Source of the DNA: Entomortierella parvispora E1425
Lineage: Eukaryota > Fungi > Mortierellomycota
Assembly (NCBI GenBank): GCA_020891255.1
Contig: BQFW01000005.1
Coordinates: 558,001 to 622,000, forward strand
Reading direction: 5' to 3'
DNA length: 64,000 nucleotides
Part shown: positions 37,968 to 50,800 of the stretch, piece by piece
Position numbering within the stretch: position 1 is the first letter of the stretch
How the letters are laid out: the number at the start of each line of letters is the position of its first letter
Notes under the pieces: generated by a model
Told to the model about the DNA's origin: nothing
The model's database searches: none
The model's input: the letters and a program-made list of their open reading frames with translations, nothing else
Position numbers and translations under genes: made by a program

Positions 37968-40900
37968 TTAGATTCGCCTCATCATCTGTAAAACTGAATA
38001 GATTTTCAGCAAGCATTGAGCATCTGCAGCTGTCGTCGAGAAAAGGAGAGGGGGAAAAGAGAAAGGCACCTATCAGTTAGATGAACATCAAAGGACTTCT
38101 ATCTATGATCTCAAATTTGTTCTTACCAGCGTAATGCTTTTGCGCCTCGGTTAAAGGGCGCTGCTCCCAATGGCTGCACTGTTGAGTCTTGTCCAATTTG
38201 ATCTCACAGGTCCTCGCTAGCAATCCAGACAGCCCTCCTGGCACAAATTTCATTCCCGCCAAGAACGGAGTAATGGACCAGCTGGTTAATGCCGTGGCCG
38301 TAGAAGGAGTCGGGACCGTAAGCCAGACTTGCTTGAGATCCAAGAAATTGTTTAGCTGAAATATTACTTCTCGCAGTGCTGGGAAAGTGTTCTCCAGCAA
38401 GTCTTGATCACCATCCCAATCGTAGGCTATGCAGAGACAGATACGAACCTGTTAGGTTGCAACGCAGCAAACTCTGGATTTCATCCGCAGTCTACAGAAG
38501 GTGTGGAGTGCATGTCAACTTACCAATTTTGAGAACTGATTCGTCGTTAAAAAGTCCTCCTAGAGCTTCCACGAAAAACATGGACAGATCTGGCCGGCTC
38601 GAGAAGATGATCGTATCCACCAAATAGACTGTATTCTCAGCATCCGAAGAAATTTGCAAGATAGCTGTACGAGGATCTTTGCGCTGCCTTCCTCGGAACT
38701 GAGGGGTATTCGGGAGCCATTCAGTATCGATACCAAGAACATTGGCTCGCTGCAATACCTCCATCATACGTCTGAGACCATCCACGCTGTCTACCATCAC
38801 CACCTTGGTATCAACATCCAGTCGATAACTATCCAGATCCATAGAAGGTTGGCGGAACCCAGTCCTTTGAGAAGAATCGGTCGCAGACACAGGATCCGAT
38901 ACAAACGGGATTTCGGGGCTGGATCGGATGATGGGTCGTCCAGAGGCATCGTTCAAAGAGTTTAGTCTGCTGACAAAGTAGTCCGCCGTTACATGATCCC
39001 TTTTTCCAGTGCAGTATTGAAGTGTCATTTTCTGCAGTGTCGGGCATCCCTTGATGAGTCCCATCACGATCGGAAAGAACTTTCTTGGGGAGTGGAGCGA
39101 ATATTCGTGGACTTTGTACTTGGGGGCCTCCTTGGGCGGTGGCGCAGACACGGGGTGAGGTACGTATGACGATTGCTCTAAAAGCGAAACAATCATACAA
39201 AACTGCACAAACAGGTGAAGGGCGACATAGGTCTCTTGTTCCTCCTCGAGATCAAACCTCATGATTAAGGCCATGGCTGTATCCACTAAACGGGCCTGAT
39301 TCCTGGGCTTTCCTACCCCACGAATTGGTGGAATATCCAGAAACGTCTCAGGGTCCGACGCTGTGATCTCAGACGTGACCAGCCCCCAGTAATAGAATTG
39401 GAACATAAGCTGGTGGTTGATATGCGACAGAGCAGTCCGGCAGAGACCCAGATTGTTGTCGACATAATCGAGGACTACTCCCCAATCTTCTCCTTCGAGG
39501 AGTCGAGGAAACAGCTCGCGATCAATATCCAAGGTATGTCCGAGATATTTAGAAACAACCGTTGCACATTCGCGGGGCCTTCCAATGTCAAAGAGTTGTC
39601 GTGCAAGAGCCTCGCCGTACGTTTGATTTCCTTCAGGAATCGCCAGTTCCAGACACGATCTCAAGTCGTACACATCCATGGCAGCGTAGACGGGTATCGC
39701 GTTTTTTCGGTCTTCAATCTCCTTCAGTAGCTTTTCTCGATGATGGTCGTGAATGACGTTGCAAAACGGCCGATCCTGTCCCATATTCCAACCCAGTTTG
39801 TCATCTACTGGAGGATCGCCTGTAGAGCGTTCTGTCTGCTCTGACAAAGCTTCCTCTGATTGCTCGACAGGGGGCGGTGGCGGTGGCGATGAGGCTACTG
39901 TCTCTGTTCGTGCTTCCGCTGGCGAATAAAATTCATCAAAGATTTCCAGAAGCTCTTCCAGATCCGCCACTTTCCCACCAGGTCGACGTTGGTCCAGGAA
40001 TTGCTTTACATTATCCAGCTGGGAGAGGTTGATGGTGATAGAAGCATTGACTGTAGCGGGTGTGACGGTGGAGTGGGTCTGACAGCTGGCCGTGTCTGAC
40101 TCCAAGTTGTCCCAATTCGAAAGGTCGATCAAGTCGTCCGAGGAAGCCTCAAAAGTCTTTTGGTCAGAATAGTTCTCCTCTCCCGAATTTCCGTCAAGTA
40201 GATCGCCATAGGAGCTTTCCATGTTCTGTGATTGTCCCATAGAAAGAAGGTTCTTGGAGATACCCGTGCTGTCCGTGATGTCAATCAAGTCGCCGGAATC
40301 TGATACCGGGTTCGAATTGGAAGAGACGTCGGAGAAGTAGCCACTACCACAGGATGAGACAGTAGTGTCGCCCATTGCCAATGTATCACGGGCCTCTGAA
40401 GAATGTACATCAATTTGCTCCGCATGCCAATCAATGTACGAGCCCAGCATGTCGGCCAGAAGCTTTGAGATCTCAAGTTCGAAATCCTTGTTCAGCTCCT
40501 TATATCCTGCCATTGTGCCGATGGCGATAAGAGCCGAGGCAATAAATGACGCTGGGTCCAGGCTCGATTGAAGCGCCATCGCGACAGTTGAACGCATATC
40601 ATCCACTTTGCCAAGCTCCACCTCCCTATTGAAGTGGGCGAGATCTCGGAACGCGACCAAGAGATTTTGAGCAAACAGAAACGCATTATTTTCCTTCACC
40701 AGTCGAGCGATTGCTATCAAAGAGGAGTCAGATAAACTCAGCAGGAAAAAAATGGGGAACCTTTTTTTTTTTTTTTTTGATCTTTGATAAACGTCAATTT
40801 TTTTGAGGTAATGCTTACATGCGGCAGTGATATGGGGCAGGACGCGAACATTGCTCTGGCTAAGAAACCTAGCCGATGGCTCCTCTGCCATAAAAGAGCC

Positions 40901-40969
40901 CTGACTTGAGATGGAGCCTCTTACTGTCGCAGAGTGGAATGGTTTGGCGTTTCCGTTTAGGGTCGACAT
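37968..40969 (-). CDS. EXD3/Mut-7-like DEDDy 3'-5' exonuclease. Exons 40819-40969, 38524-40713, 38127-38426, 37968-38029
   Basis: ExoI VLGIDTEW and AILQIS, ExoII region KIAYDWDGD, GLSGLL...KLDKTQQCSHWEQRPLTEAQKHYAAADA (ExoIII). Preceded by a long helical N-terminal region. Confidence 0.85.
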
Positions 40970-41960
40970 GGGAAGTCAACTGATGCGGATAAAAGCAAGC
41001 AGATCAGGACGAGACGAATCCTTTTTAATCTTGGGGCGTGCGGTGTATGGAATTTTGGTGCCTCTCTGACTTGCTGGTTCAAGACGGGGCAACGTCTGAA
41101 GAGGACACTGTTGAATGGAGGACAACTCAAACCTCTAGAACGTGTAGGGACTCTAATGGGGCTATGTAGAAGACGTGTATGTGGAGAAGGCCATGGAGTC
41201 AGTCGCTATGTTGGTAGGTTTGCAAGGAGGACCATGGACATGACATGACATGGCATGGCATTGCCCGCTGCATGGACCTGTTATGAACGTGAATGGGGTA
41301 CCTGAGAGGAGAATGAATGCAGCAATGGGGTCGGGTCGCGGGCAGAGAGAAGGAAAGGAAAATGGGGGAAGATGTGGATGTGCATCCCAGGAGAGAACAG
41401 GAAACAAAAGGCCACCATGCGACGTGTTCGTGTTTGTGACTGGGCACAAGCACATTCCTGGTTATTATACTTCGCCTTGTCTCTCTTCCTGCTATGCTCA
41501 ATCTCGCTTTATTGCCCCTGCTGCCGCGTGTTGCCTCACCTCTCCAGGGGCCAGTCCATCATCGGGCTCTGGTGACTGTAATGCAACCGATATTCGACCA
41601 TCCTCCGTCGTGGACAGCTCTTCACCAAGATCATTAGTCCACTTTTCCAGCATATCCTCCACATGGACGCGTGCCATCCCGATGCCGACAGTACCCAGTT
41701 GATCCTGTCAAATGCCATTGATCGTCATTTGTCGTGTACATGTCCAAATCCTTCGGATCAAGGGAATGCTCCGAGAATGGCACCAAGAACCTCATCCGCC
41801 GCTTGATCCACAACCTTGTCCACTAGATAGACTTCGTTGCACTGCCTCTTCATGTTCCGCGGTTGGACAGTTGCTCGCTCTGATTTCTCGCCCTCCCGCC
41901 CGCTCTCCCCCCTCTGTTGCTGGTTCTAGGGCAAGCTTTATTAATGGATCGTCTTGATGT

Positions 41961-43968
41961 CTAGATGTAATTGACTTGACTTGATCCGTAGGGTGGTCGT
42001 GCCGGTTGCTGTTGGTATTGCTGGTGATGTTGTTGTCTTTGACCATACGCTCCCAGGTTATTGTTTCCTGGTGGTGGTCCAGGAGCTCGTCGATCATAAT
42101 CAGAGCGAGAGGGATCGGGTCCGCGACTACGACTCCTGGAACTAGAACCATAGCCATCATTTCGTGAAGGCGATGGTGGTGGCTGTTGACGGTATTGCGG
42201 GTTGGGGTATGACGGTGAAGCGGGAGGTTGACCATATCGCATGGGAGATCCCGATCCGTTGGGTGAAGGTGGGTCATATCTTCTGTTGGCCCCGGGGGAA
42301 ACGGAGCGCTGAGAGGGCGAGGGTGAATAGTTTCCAGCTGACGATGGCGACAGCTGCTGATTCTGATAGCGTGTAGAGGGGACGGGAATTGGCTCCTGAG
42401 TTCTGTAGCTAGGGTTGGGGGAATTGGCTCTTGCCCTAGGCCCTGTGCTTCCAAGATGGCTGACTTGATTTGCCAGCTTGTCACCCTGGCTCTTGCCCTC
42501 TAGCCGGCTTAGAGCATCATCACGACTGGCATCGCTTACAGTCCTGTAGCGATTGCCGCCTCCAACATTAAGGTTGCTGCCTCCGTTGCTATTAGTGCTA
42601 TTGCTTGTGCTTACGGAAGAAGAGGAGGGGGACCATGATCGCTCACTGGGATTGGCAGCCTCAGCTCGGGCACGTAATGAACGTCCATAGGGGTCATCCC
42701 GCTCGCGGTCGCTTGAAGACGTCGACGAGATAATGGAGGGCGAGGGCTCCTTTCGAACGGCATCACGGAGGTAGTTGTTCCTGCTTGCACCTCCTGTGGA
42801 TCGTGATAAGGATCCCGACGGGGCAGCTGCATCGTAGGGTGTCATTTCCAATTGTGCAATCTTGGCCGCCATCTCCGCCTCGTCCTTTTTGTCTGCAAAC
42901 TCTCTCAAAACTCGGCTGACATGAGATTCTCCTTCAAAGTCAGAATCGTCCGATTCTAAAGGTCAAACACAAGATGAAGGTTTTGTGTTAGCGCGTGTGT
43001 GCGTACAAGAGACACAGCCAAGGTTTGTCCCCCACATGAATGGACGCCTGTTTGTTCGTCCATCCGTCCGTCCTTCCATCCGTCTGTCTGTCTGTTTGTC
43101 TGTTTGTCCCGTCATTACGTAGGAAGGGAGACACGCGACCCTGCTTTTAGCAATCCCTTTTTTTCCTTCTCCCAAGGTAAACCAGGGACCGCCTCCGCAA
43201 AAGAGAAAACAACAAGCACATGGACCTACCGGGCCATTTCTCTTCTCCTGTCAGCGTGGCATTAATGACCTCCTTGGCTGCTCGCAATCTGCTCCACAGT
43301 GTTGTTCCTGATCCTGCAGCGGGTGTTGCAGGCGTTGTTGGTGTCGCTGCAGCTGGTTTCGGAGACGCATCAAACCGTTCTAAAGTGATGGTTCATAGAA
43401 GAAGACAAGGAGGAAGAAAAGAAACATGAGTACCTCTGGATGCACCCTTTCTTTCCCTCTATGGATCGATCCACCATATCCCGATCCACCATATCCCGAT
43501 CCAGGTTGTGTTTGCTCTAACGATCCTTGTAGCTTTACCTTCCCGAAGACCCCGCAACGCTGCCTCTCGCTCCTCTCGCTCGCGTTGTTGCCTCTCCCGA
43601 TCCCGTTCCTTCATACGGTCTTGGAAGGAGAGACCTGTCGGTGTTTTTGATCCAGAAGCAAAAGAGCTAGAAGTAGGCGTTCGACTGGAGCCATAAGAGT
43701 TGCCTCCAGCTGAACCGTACGAGTTGCCTTTTTGCAGGGCATCGGCATTCAAATCAGGTGGACGCATCTTGCTAGTGGGAGCATTGGATCGGTTGGAGTA
43801 TGAAGATGGTGCTTGGGATTGCTGCTGGTACTTTGATGGGATGGAGGGGATGGATGGCATGGCAGGACGGGGTGGACAGACATGAAGGCCCGGGTAGTTG
43901 CCGACATCGTTGCCGCAGTCTGTGCAGAGGATAGCGATGGTCGAGACGCGGTAGTCCCGTGCGGACAT
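41961..43968 (-). CDS. Mso1-like (Sec1-binding) protein with an N-terminal CX2CX10HXC motif. Exons 43539-43968, 43230-43379, 41961-42955
   Basis: Spliced LWSRLRAAKEVINATLTGEEKWP|ESDDSDFEGESHVSRVLREF resembles the Mso1 N-terminal Sec1-binding motif as I recall it. The rest is S/P/G/Q low complexity. Confidence 0.6.
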
Positions 43969-44376
43969 TGCTGAAAGAGGAGTTGGTCTGAAGGGGGTCG
44001 GCGATCAGAGAAGAGAAGTGAAAGAAGGGAAGGAGAAGGACGACAAGGCAAGGCAAGGCAAAGTAAAGCAAGAGGACCTCCTTTGCAGGGAGGCGGTCGG
44101 TCGTTCGGTCGAATCGTCGGGTTTTGGTTTCTGTGGTTGTTGTATGGTGGCTATGCGAGCCCAGGGTAGAGTATATAGGCGATGAGCTAAAAATACGTTT
44201 GGGGGTATGTTCACTTGCAGGATGATGCAGTGGAGAGAGAGAGAGATGAAGGAGGGAGGGAGGGAGGGATGAATGAATGGAGGGGAATGAGAAGAGAGCA
44301 GAGAGATGAGAGAAGAGAGAACAAGGAAGAGGAGAAGAAAGAGAAAAGAGAAAGAGAAAAAAGAATGCAGACACAC

Positions 44377-44377
<1 letters not shown>

Positions 44378-44413
<36 letters not shown>

Positions 44414-44457
44414 TGGAATCGAGATGGGCGATGGAAGCGAAAGAAGGATTCTCTTTT

Positions 44458-44497
<40 letters not shown>

Positions 44498-44524
44498 TCG
44501 TGTGCGTGTGTGTGTGTGTGTGCG
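44378..44524. repeat. Microsatellite cluster (CAGA)9, (TTTC)11, (GT)n in the divergent intergenic region
   Basis: Direct reading. Confidence 0.95.
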
Positions 44525-45180
44525 TTGACACTGGTGCCATTGTTGTGAGTGCTGTTGCTGTGTTGCACCACCGAGACCATTGCAGTTGCACCAAGGACTG
44601 CCCTTTCCTTTTCTCCTCTCCTCTCCCTTCTCCTTCTCCTTGGCCTCTCCACAATCCCACACTCCCACACTCCCACACTCCCACGCCCCTGGCTGAAGGG
44701 ACAAAGGGTCTCCCTCCCCTGCAGATCGCGTCGCGTACCGCGCTGACAAAAGACGCGACTCGACTCGTCTCTCAGCCCTGGACGACCTTGACCTTGACCT
44801 TGCCCCCACCTTCATGTTCGCTTGTTCCTGCCATTTCTCGGGCCAAGATCTGCTTTGCGACCACTAATGAATCTCCCACAGCTCTGGTTACTCATTGCTC
44901 ACAGAAACAACTGACAAAGACACACCCTGCCCCGCTAGATCTCTTTTATTTGCATGCTCTTCTTTTTTGCATGCTCCAACCGTCCACACCCTCTGCTCTC
45001 GGCCTGTTGTGCAACCATGGATCCCCTCTGCAGCCACTTGCTACCGTAACACTTGGTAAGAATATCCACTTTCCTCCGACGCCTTGCATCCTTTTTCCTT
45101 CCTTCCTTCCTCTCATCTCGAAATCAGGCCATTCTCATTCTTTCTCCATTTCAAAAACAAAGAAGAAAAAAATAATAATA

Positions 45181-47535
45181 ATGAATCCCCATCGCGCTCA
45201 CAAGCCCGTCGACGAGTTTGATGAAACTCCTATAAAGTATCCCTCCAAGCTCCCTGCAAAGAGTGACGGCAAGAACCCTCATGTTATGATCGTAAGTAGT
45301 AGAGCCACGAGCATTCTTCACTTACACGGCAGGACTGACAACGTTACGGAACGTCTTTACTCTAGGTGGGAGCCGGTGTCGGTGGTTTGTTTTTGGCCAT
45401 CTTGCTAGACAAGGCGGGTATCCCCTACGAGATCTACGAGCGTACCTCGGAGGTCAAAGCTCTTGGTAAGAGTCTCCTTGTTTTTCCCTTTCTTTCTGGT
45501 CCCTCAATCCTCTTAAAGATCTTGAATATGGGATCCCTTATTGAAAAAAACCCCTTAAACCCCCTTAGGTTCTGCGATGTCCTTGAATGCCAACATCCTT
45601 GCGGCCTTTGAGCAGTTGGTAAGGAACTGTATACAGGACATGGCTCGCAGTTTGTTTTTGTCGATGCGTTTATGGACCAAGAATCGTCGACTGACGACGT
45701 CTTGTCATTTTTTGTCGTTGTAGGGACTCTACGAAGAATTCAAGAAGATCGCGTTGCCATGTCAGAAAATGGAGATCATGTACGAAGACATGAAGACCAT
45801 TGCCACCATCGATATTAGCGACAATGGATTGTAAGTGCTCGTCCTATGTAAACAACAACAACAACAACCAAAAAGCAAAACAGAGCCATACGAGCTTGGA
45901 TCTCAAAGGTGACTGACCATCCTCTATTTTTTTTTTTTTTTGACTTTATCCAAAACCCATGCTCATCATGCTCACTAAAAAAGGACGGGGTATGAACACA
46001 TGCTTTTCTCCCGTCCCAAGCTCTATGCTCTCTTGGAGTCCAAGGTCCCCAAGGAGAGGATCCACTTTAACAAGAAGGTCTTGTCCATGATGCAGAACAA
46101 GGAAGGTGTCATGATTCGATGTGCAGACGGTACCACCTACCATGGTGATGTGCTCGTCGGTGCTGACGGCGCCTATAGCGCTGTGCGACAGGGGCTCTAT
46201 AAGTCTCTGCAGGACAAGAACCTCCTCCCAGAAGTAGATGCCAAGGACCTCAACAAAGGATACGCATGTTTGGTCGGTACGACCGACCCGGTCGACCCTG
46301 AAAAGTATCCCTTTGTCAAATCTGAGCTTGCGACCCGTTTGCTCACGATTGGAGAGGGCACGCCTTACACCGTAAGTGGAATCTCTGCTACCTTCACAAA
46401 AAAAACAATGAGAGAGAGCAAAATACAGATCGATACTTAGTCGTAACTCTCTTTTTCTTCCTCCTCTGTTTTAGTGGGTAGTATACAATGTGGCAGAAAA
46501 CAAGATCTGCTACATGATCGTCTGTCAATACAAGACATTGGCACTGGCTGAGCAAGAAAAGTTCCGCAACTCGGAGTGGGCTCCTGAGCGAAATGCAGAT
46601 ATGATCAAGGCTGTGAAGGACTTTCCAGCGCCTTGTGGAGGTAAGGAACTCTTTTGAGCCATCATGAGCAGCACCGATTACGATATTGATCCATTTGGAT
46701 GTTGGCTCTTTCAAAAAAAAAAAAAAAAAAAAAAAAAAAATAGGAACAATGGGCGACCTCATCAACCTCACGCCTGCAGACAGAGTCTCGCGAGTCTATT
46801 TGGAAGACAAAATCTTTTCTACCTGGACCCATGGACGCACCGTTCTCATCGGAGATGCAGCGCACAAGGTAAATCCCTCTCCCTTTTCCAACTCCTCATT
46901 TCCTCAAAGCAACATGTACAAAAAACTTGGCCTTCTTTCGAACGTATCTCTCAACTAGGATGCTTTTTCTTGAGTAGCTTCTTCCAAGTGCAGGACAAGG
47001 AGCCATTACCGCAATGCAGGATGCTATTATCCTGGCCAATTGCCTCTACGACCTCGAGTCCTTGGCGCAGCAGGATATTCAGGCTGCATTGGAAGATTTC
47101 AGAGAGCAGCGTCATGACAAGGTCGAGGAGATCTATCAAAAGAGCAAGACCACTGCTGCCCTTTCCTACGGTCAGGTAAGGGCCCCCAAGAAAGAAAGAA
47201 AATGGGAGGAAATGACACGAAAATGGACTTGTTGGACATTGAGCTGACTGCGTGTGTACACGTGTTTTCCTTTTTAGACCTGGATTGAAAAGATCATGCG
47301 GTATCTCGTCTTCAACTGTCTGCCTCACTCTGCCTACACCAAGAATTTGCGCAAGGAGACGGCTTACCGCCCCCAGGCCACCTTCTTGCCTTTGGCTGAG
47401 GTTCGGGGTACCGGACCCGTCCTTCCCCAAAAGCCCTCCAAGCGATATGAGGCAGAGCTGAAGAAGAAGGCTGAAGAAGAGTCGGAGACTTCCTCGGCTG
47501 CCATCACTGCCGTTGCTGCTGCTGCTGCCGTCTAA
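45181..47535 (+). CDS. FAD-dependent monooxygenase (FAD_binding_3 family), about 10 exons
   Basis: HVMI|VGAGVGGL (Rossmann GxGxxG), DVLVGADGAYSAVR (DG motif), GRTVLIGDAAHK|LLPSAGQGAITAMQDA (GD motif). Confidence 0.92.
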
Positions 47536-47819
47536 GGAAGCGATCGGATGTAGAATCGAAAATTTGGAACAAAAAAAAAAAAAAAAAAAAAAAAGGCAGT
47601 GGACAAAGATGAACCGACCATCAATACAGATACCCTCTCTTTTATTTCGTCATGCCAGACATCTGGCCATACTGTACTGGTGTATTTTGGCTTGCTTTTT
47701 ATTCGTCTATGGTCGCTTCTTATATACAATAATTACAAGGAAATGTGAGTGAGAGGAGAGGAGAGGTGGGGGACAGACTAAATACAAATAAATAACGAGA
47801 CTATTAATATCGTCTCTTT

Positions 47820-50800
47820 TCAAGGCCACAAGTCGCGTTTGCAGATGGGGCACAAGGAGGCGACCTGGAGCAGCCAAGGGTCGATACAGGCTTGGTGGTA
47901 CTGGTGGTAGCAAGGCAAGGTCCGGACCTGGTCTCCGACCTCGTACTCGGCCAGACAGATGGCGCACATGGTCTGTGCATTTGCATTCGCAAAGGGAAGC
48001 TTCTCCTTCTTTTCAGAACAAACTCCCTCTCCTTCCTCGGCGCTGCAGCAGGATGAGTGCTTTGTTTCAGGGTACGACATGGAAAGCGAGAGCGAAGAGG
48101 AAACGGAACTGGTGGTGGAGGTTGGGACATGCTGGTCCATAGAGGCGACTGCAGCACCCTGTCGACTTTGAGAGATCCGACGGTAGGATCCTCGACGCGT
48201 GGCGGTCATGATGGCAGCCGTGATCCGCTCCATGTCCAGGGCGGCGTGCTCCAGCATCATATCCGGATCCTCGTCCTCATCAAAGTCCATGGGCAGGAGC
48301 ATCATGTCCTCAGAGGAACTATGGGTTGTAGTGCGAGTGAAAGGCGCAAGCTCCTCCATCTCCTCTCCCTCAAAGGCTCCCTCCCATGGACCTCCCTCAC
48401 TGGGATTGCCTGGCACCACGGCATCGTCACTCGATCCTAGAGGGAAGAGTTGACTAGCGGCTCGGGTCATCAAACGTTGTCTTCGAGCCTGTTCCCTCGC
48501 TGCGGCATTTTCCAGACCTTCTTCCATCTCGAGCACGTTCTCTGCATAAGAGACCTTGACTTTCGAGATCACAGACATGTCGGATTTCACAAGTGTCGAA
48601 GTCATCATGGTCGTCGTTGAAGTATGCAGCACAGTTTGAACGCCAAAACTATCCAAGATCCCGCGAGGAATGACTTTTTTGTATCCATGCTCCCTCAACT
48701 GCTGATGGGCCTGATGTTGTTGCGCTGCGGTCAAGTGGGGATGCTGGTTGCTGGGGTGGTGACCACGTCTCCGGGTCTGGAACAACCGGACCTTGAGCGC
48801 CACCACAAAGAGCAAAGCACCAAACATGCCCACGCCGACTCCGCACACAGTGCTCATAAGGATCATGGCCAGTTTTCCCGTCATACTGTCGTCCTTGACG
48901 AGAATCGAGGCATCCTGGATAAATTTCGAGGGCGAAAATGAATAAATTTTTTGAGTCCATCGAGGTGACCGAGGCTTGGGCGAAATACGACGTTGCACCA
49001 CCGCGGAACGGTCACTGACGACCCTCTTCTTCACGGGCGAGTCCTGTGCCCGAGCAGTTGGGGTGTTCAGGGCCACCTTGGGGCCTGCCTCTTCCTTTTG
49101 CTGCTGATGGTTGTGGTAGGTCTTGGAACTACTTTGGTGGATTTCGTCGGCAGCGGTCTGGGTCTTGGAGGTCGTCGCCGCCACCGCCCGTTCTTGCTTC
49201 AAGAGAAGGGCCGTTGAGAGAGGCAAAAAAGGGGTTGAGATCATTCCGCCGCCTTCTTCCTTGATGAGATCAAAGTTCGTGTGCAGCGAATGGGTCTCCT
49301 CCTGTTGTTGTGATGTGGATCCGATCAACGTCGCAGCATAGCTCTCAAGTCCGAGCTGAGCCAAGAATTGTTTTACCATGGTCATTCCTGACTTGAACGC
49401 GTCTGTCATGTATTCCAGCTGACCCTGTGGAAGAGGTGAACTAGCTGTTGCCGAACCGCGGTTCCCCTCCGTCAGAGACTCGTCTGTTGTGGCTACGTCG
49501 AAAAGCGAGATGGCGGCCGTGACGACAAGACTAAGATCGTCAATTTGAAAAAGATCAAGCAGGGTGGATACAGACGCGAGATCAAGCTCAAAGAGTGGTA
49601 ATCCCGCAGGGAGGGAGGTTTTTCCAGATGTCGGAGGAGACACACACTCTTGTTTGTTGTCCGAGTACAAAACGGCCGCCAATGCGCCGCCCGTCTGTGC
49701 AATCGCCGCAAGCGAGTCCAACCCCCGCGTGGTGCATGGCACGAGGGCGATCCATGGCGACTCTAATGAGCGCAATTGCGGATACCGGGAGATTGAGCCC
49801 TATTGACAAGAAAGATGACAGTAAGAAAATGGAGCCGGAAGAATTTCAAACAGCCAGAAAAATGCATCTGCAGGCGCAAAGGGACCAAGTTTCGGAGTCC
49901 ATGTGACCCGTTGACATCATAATTTTTTTGTTTTTCCCTCTTTTCCTCGGGTTGGCCTTCTTGTCTCTTTCTCCGCGCTGTCTCGTCTCTTTTGCAATTG
50001 AAATTGCAAATGGCTCATCTTTGATGACTCCTCGCTGCCGTCTGCTGCGCTGTGAGGATCGGGTAAGAAGAGCGAGAGCAGCTGGCTTCGTGTGTGTGTA
50101 TAAGTGTACTTGTACAAGCTGACGGAAAATAGACGGTATGTACTCTTTCACTCCCTCTCCACTTCCAATTACAACGCAGATATGACGCATTGAAAGTGAC
50201 GTGGAGTGAAGGAAAGGAAAGAAAACCAAAGGGAGGAACAAAAAACAAACACTTACGATCCATGGAAGCTGCTGCCAACCATAACTCGACTGAGTCGTGT
50301 TCCAGTTAACGGCCTTGAGTTTTCCTTGCCAGAGCAAATTTAACCGTGCCATATCGGCGCCCTCTTCGTCCTGGCTCCTGTGTAAAAGACCAAGAGGTTC
50401 TCCTTTGGGGCAGAAATGCGGATCCATGCTCCAAAGCGACTCTAGGTACATTCTTGACTGAAGCGAGCAAGGCGAAAGTTGTTGTTGTTGAGTGTTTGTT
50501 GTTTTTCGACTAGACTCGGTCATCTGGGTTCGGGCTGATCCTTGTAACACCTTATTATTGCGAGTCGGCAAAACCGCTCCCCGGAAGTCCTTTGCCGGTA
50601 TCCTTTGCAAACGATGTCGAGCCTCGTTGCTCTCTTGTGTCTTGTCCCTCCTGGAGAAGGATGCCATTGTCCTTGGATCGAGCTGCTGAAGCTTGAGTCG
50701 CTCGGTTCTCCGGAAAACCCGTTGAGAGCCACCGCCACTTTGCTGCCTGTTCACAAACGTTCCGTCAGAGTAAGACGTTGTTGTCATCAAGAGACGCTTT

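Noticed and set aside
41758-41760. In-frame TGA as selenocysteine or readthrough
   Set aside because: It is not in a redox-motif context, no SECIS-like structure was recognised, and the host ORF itself is unproven.
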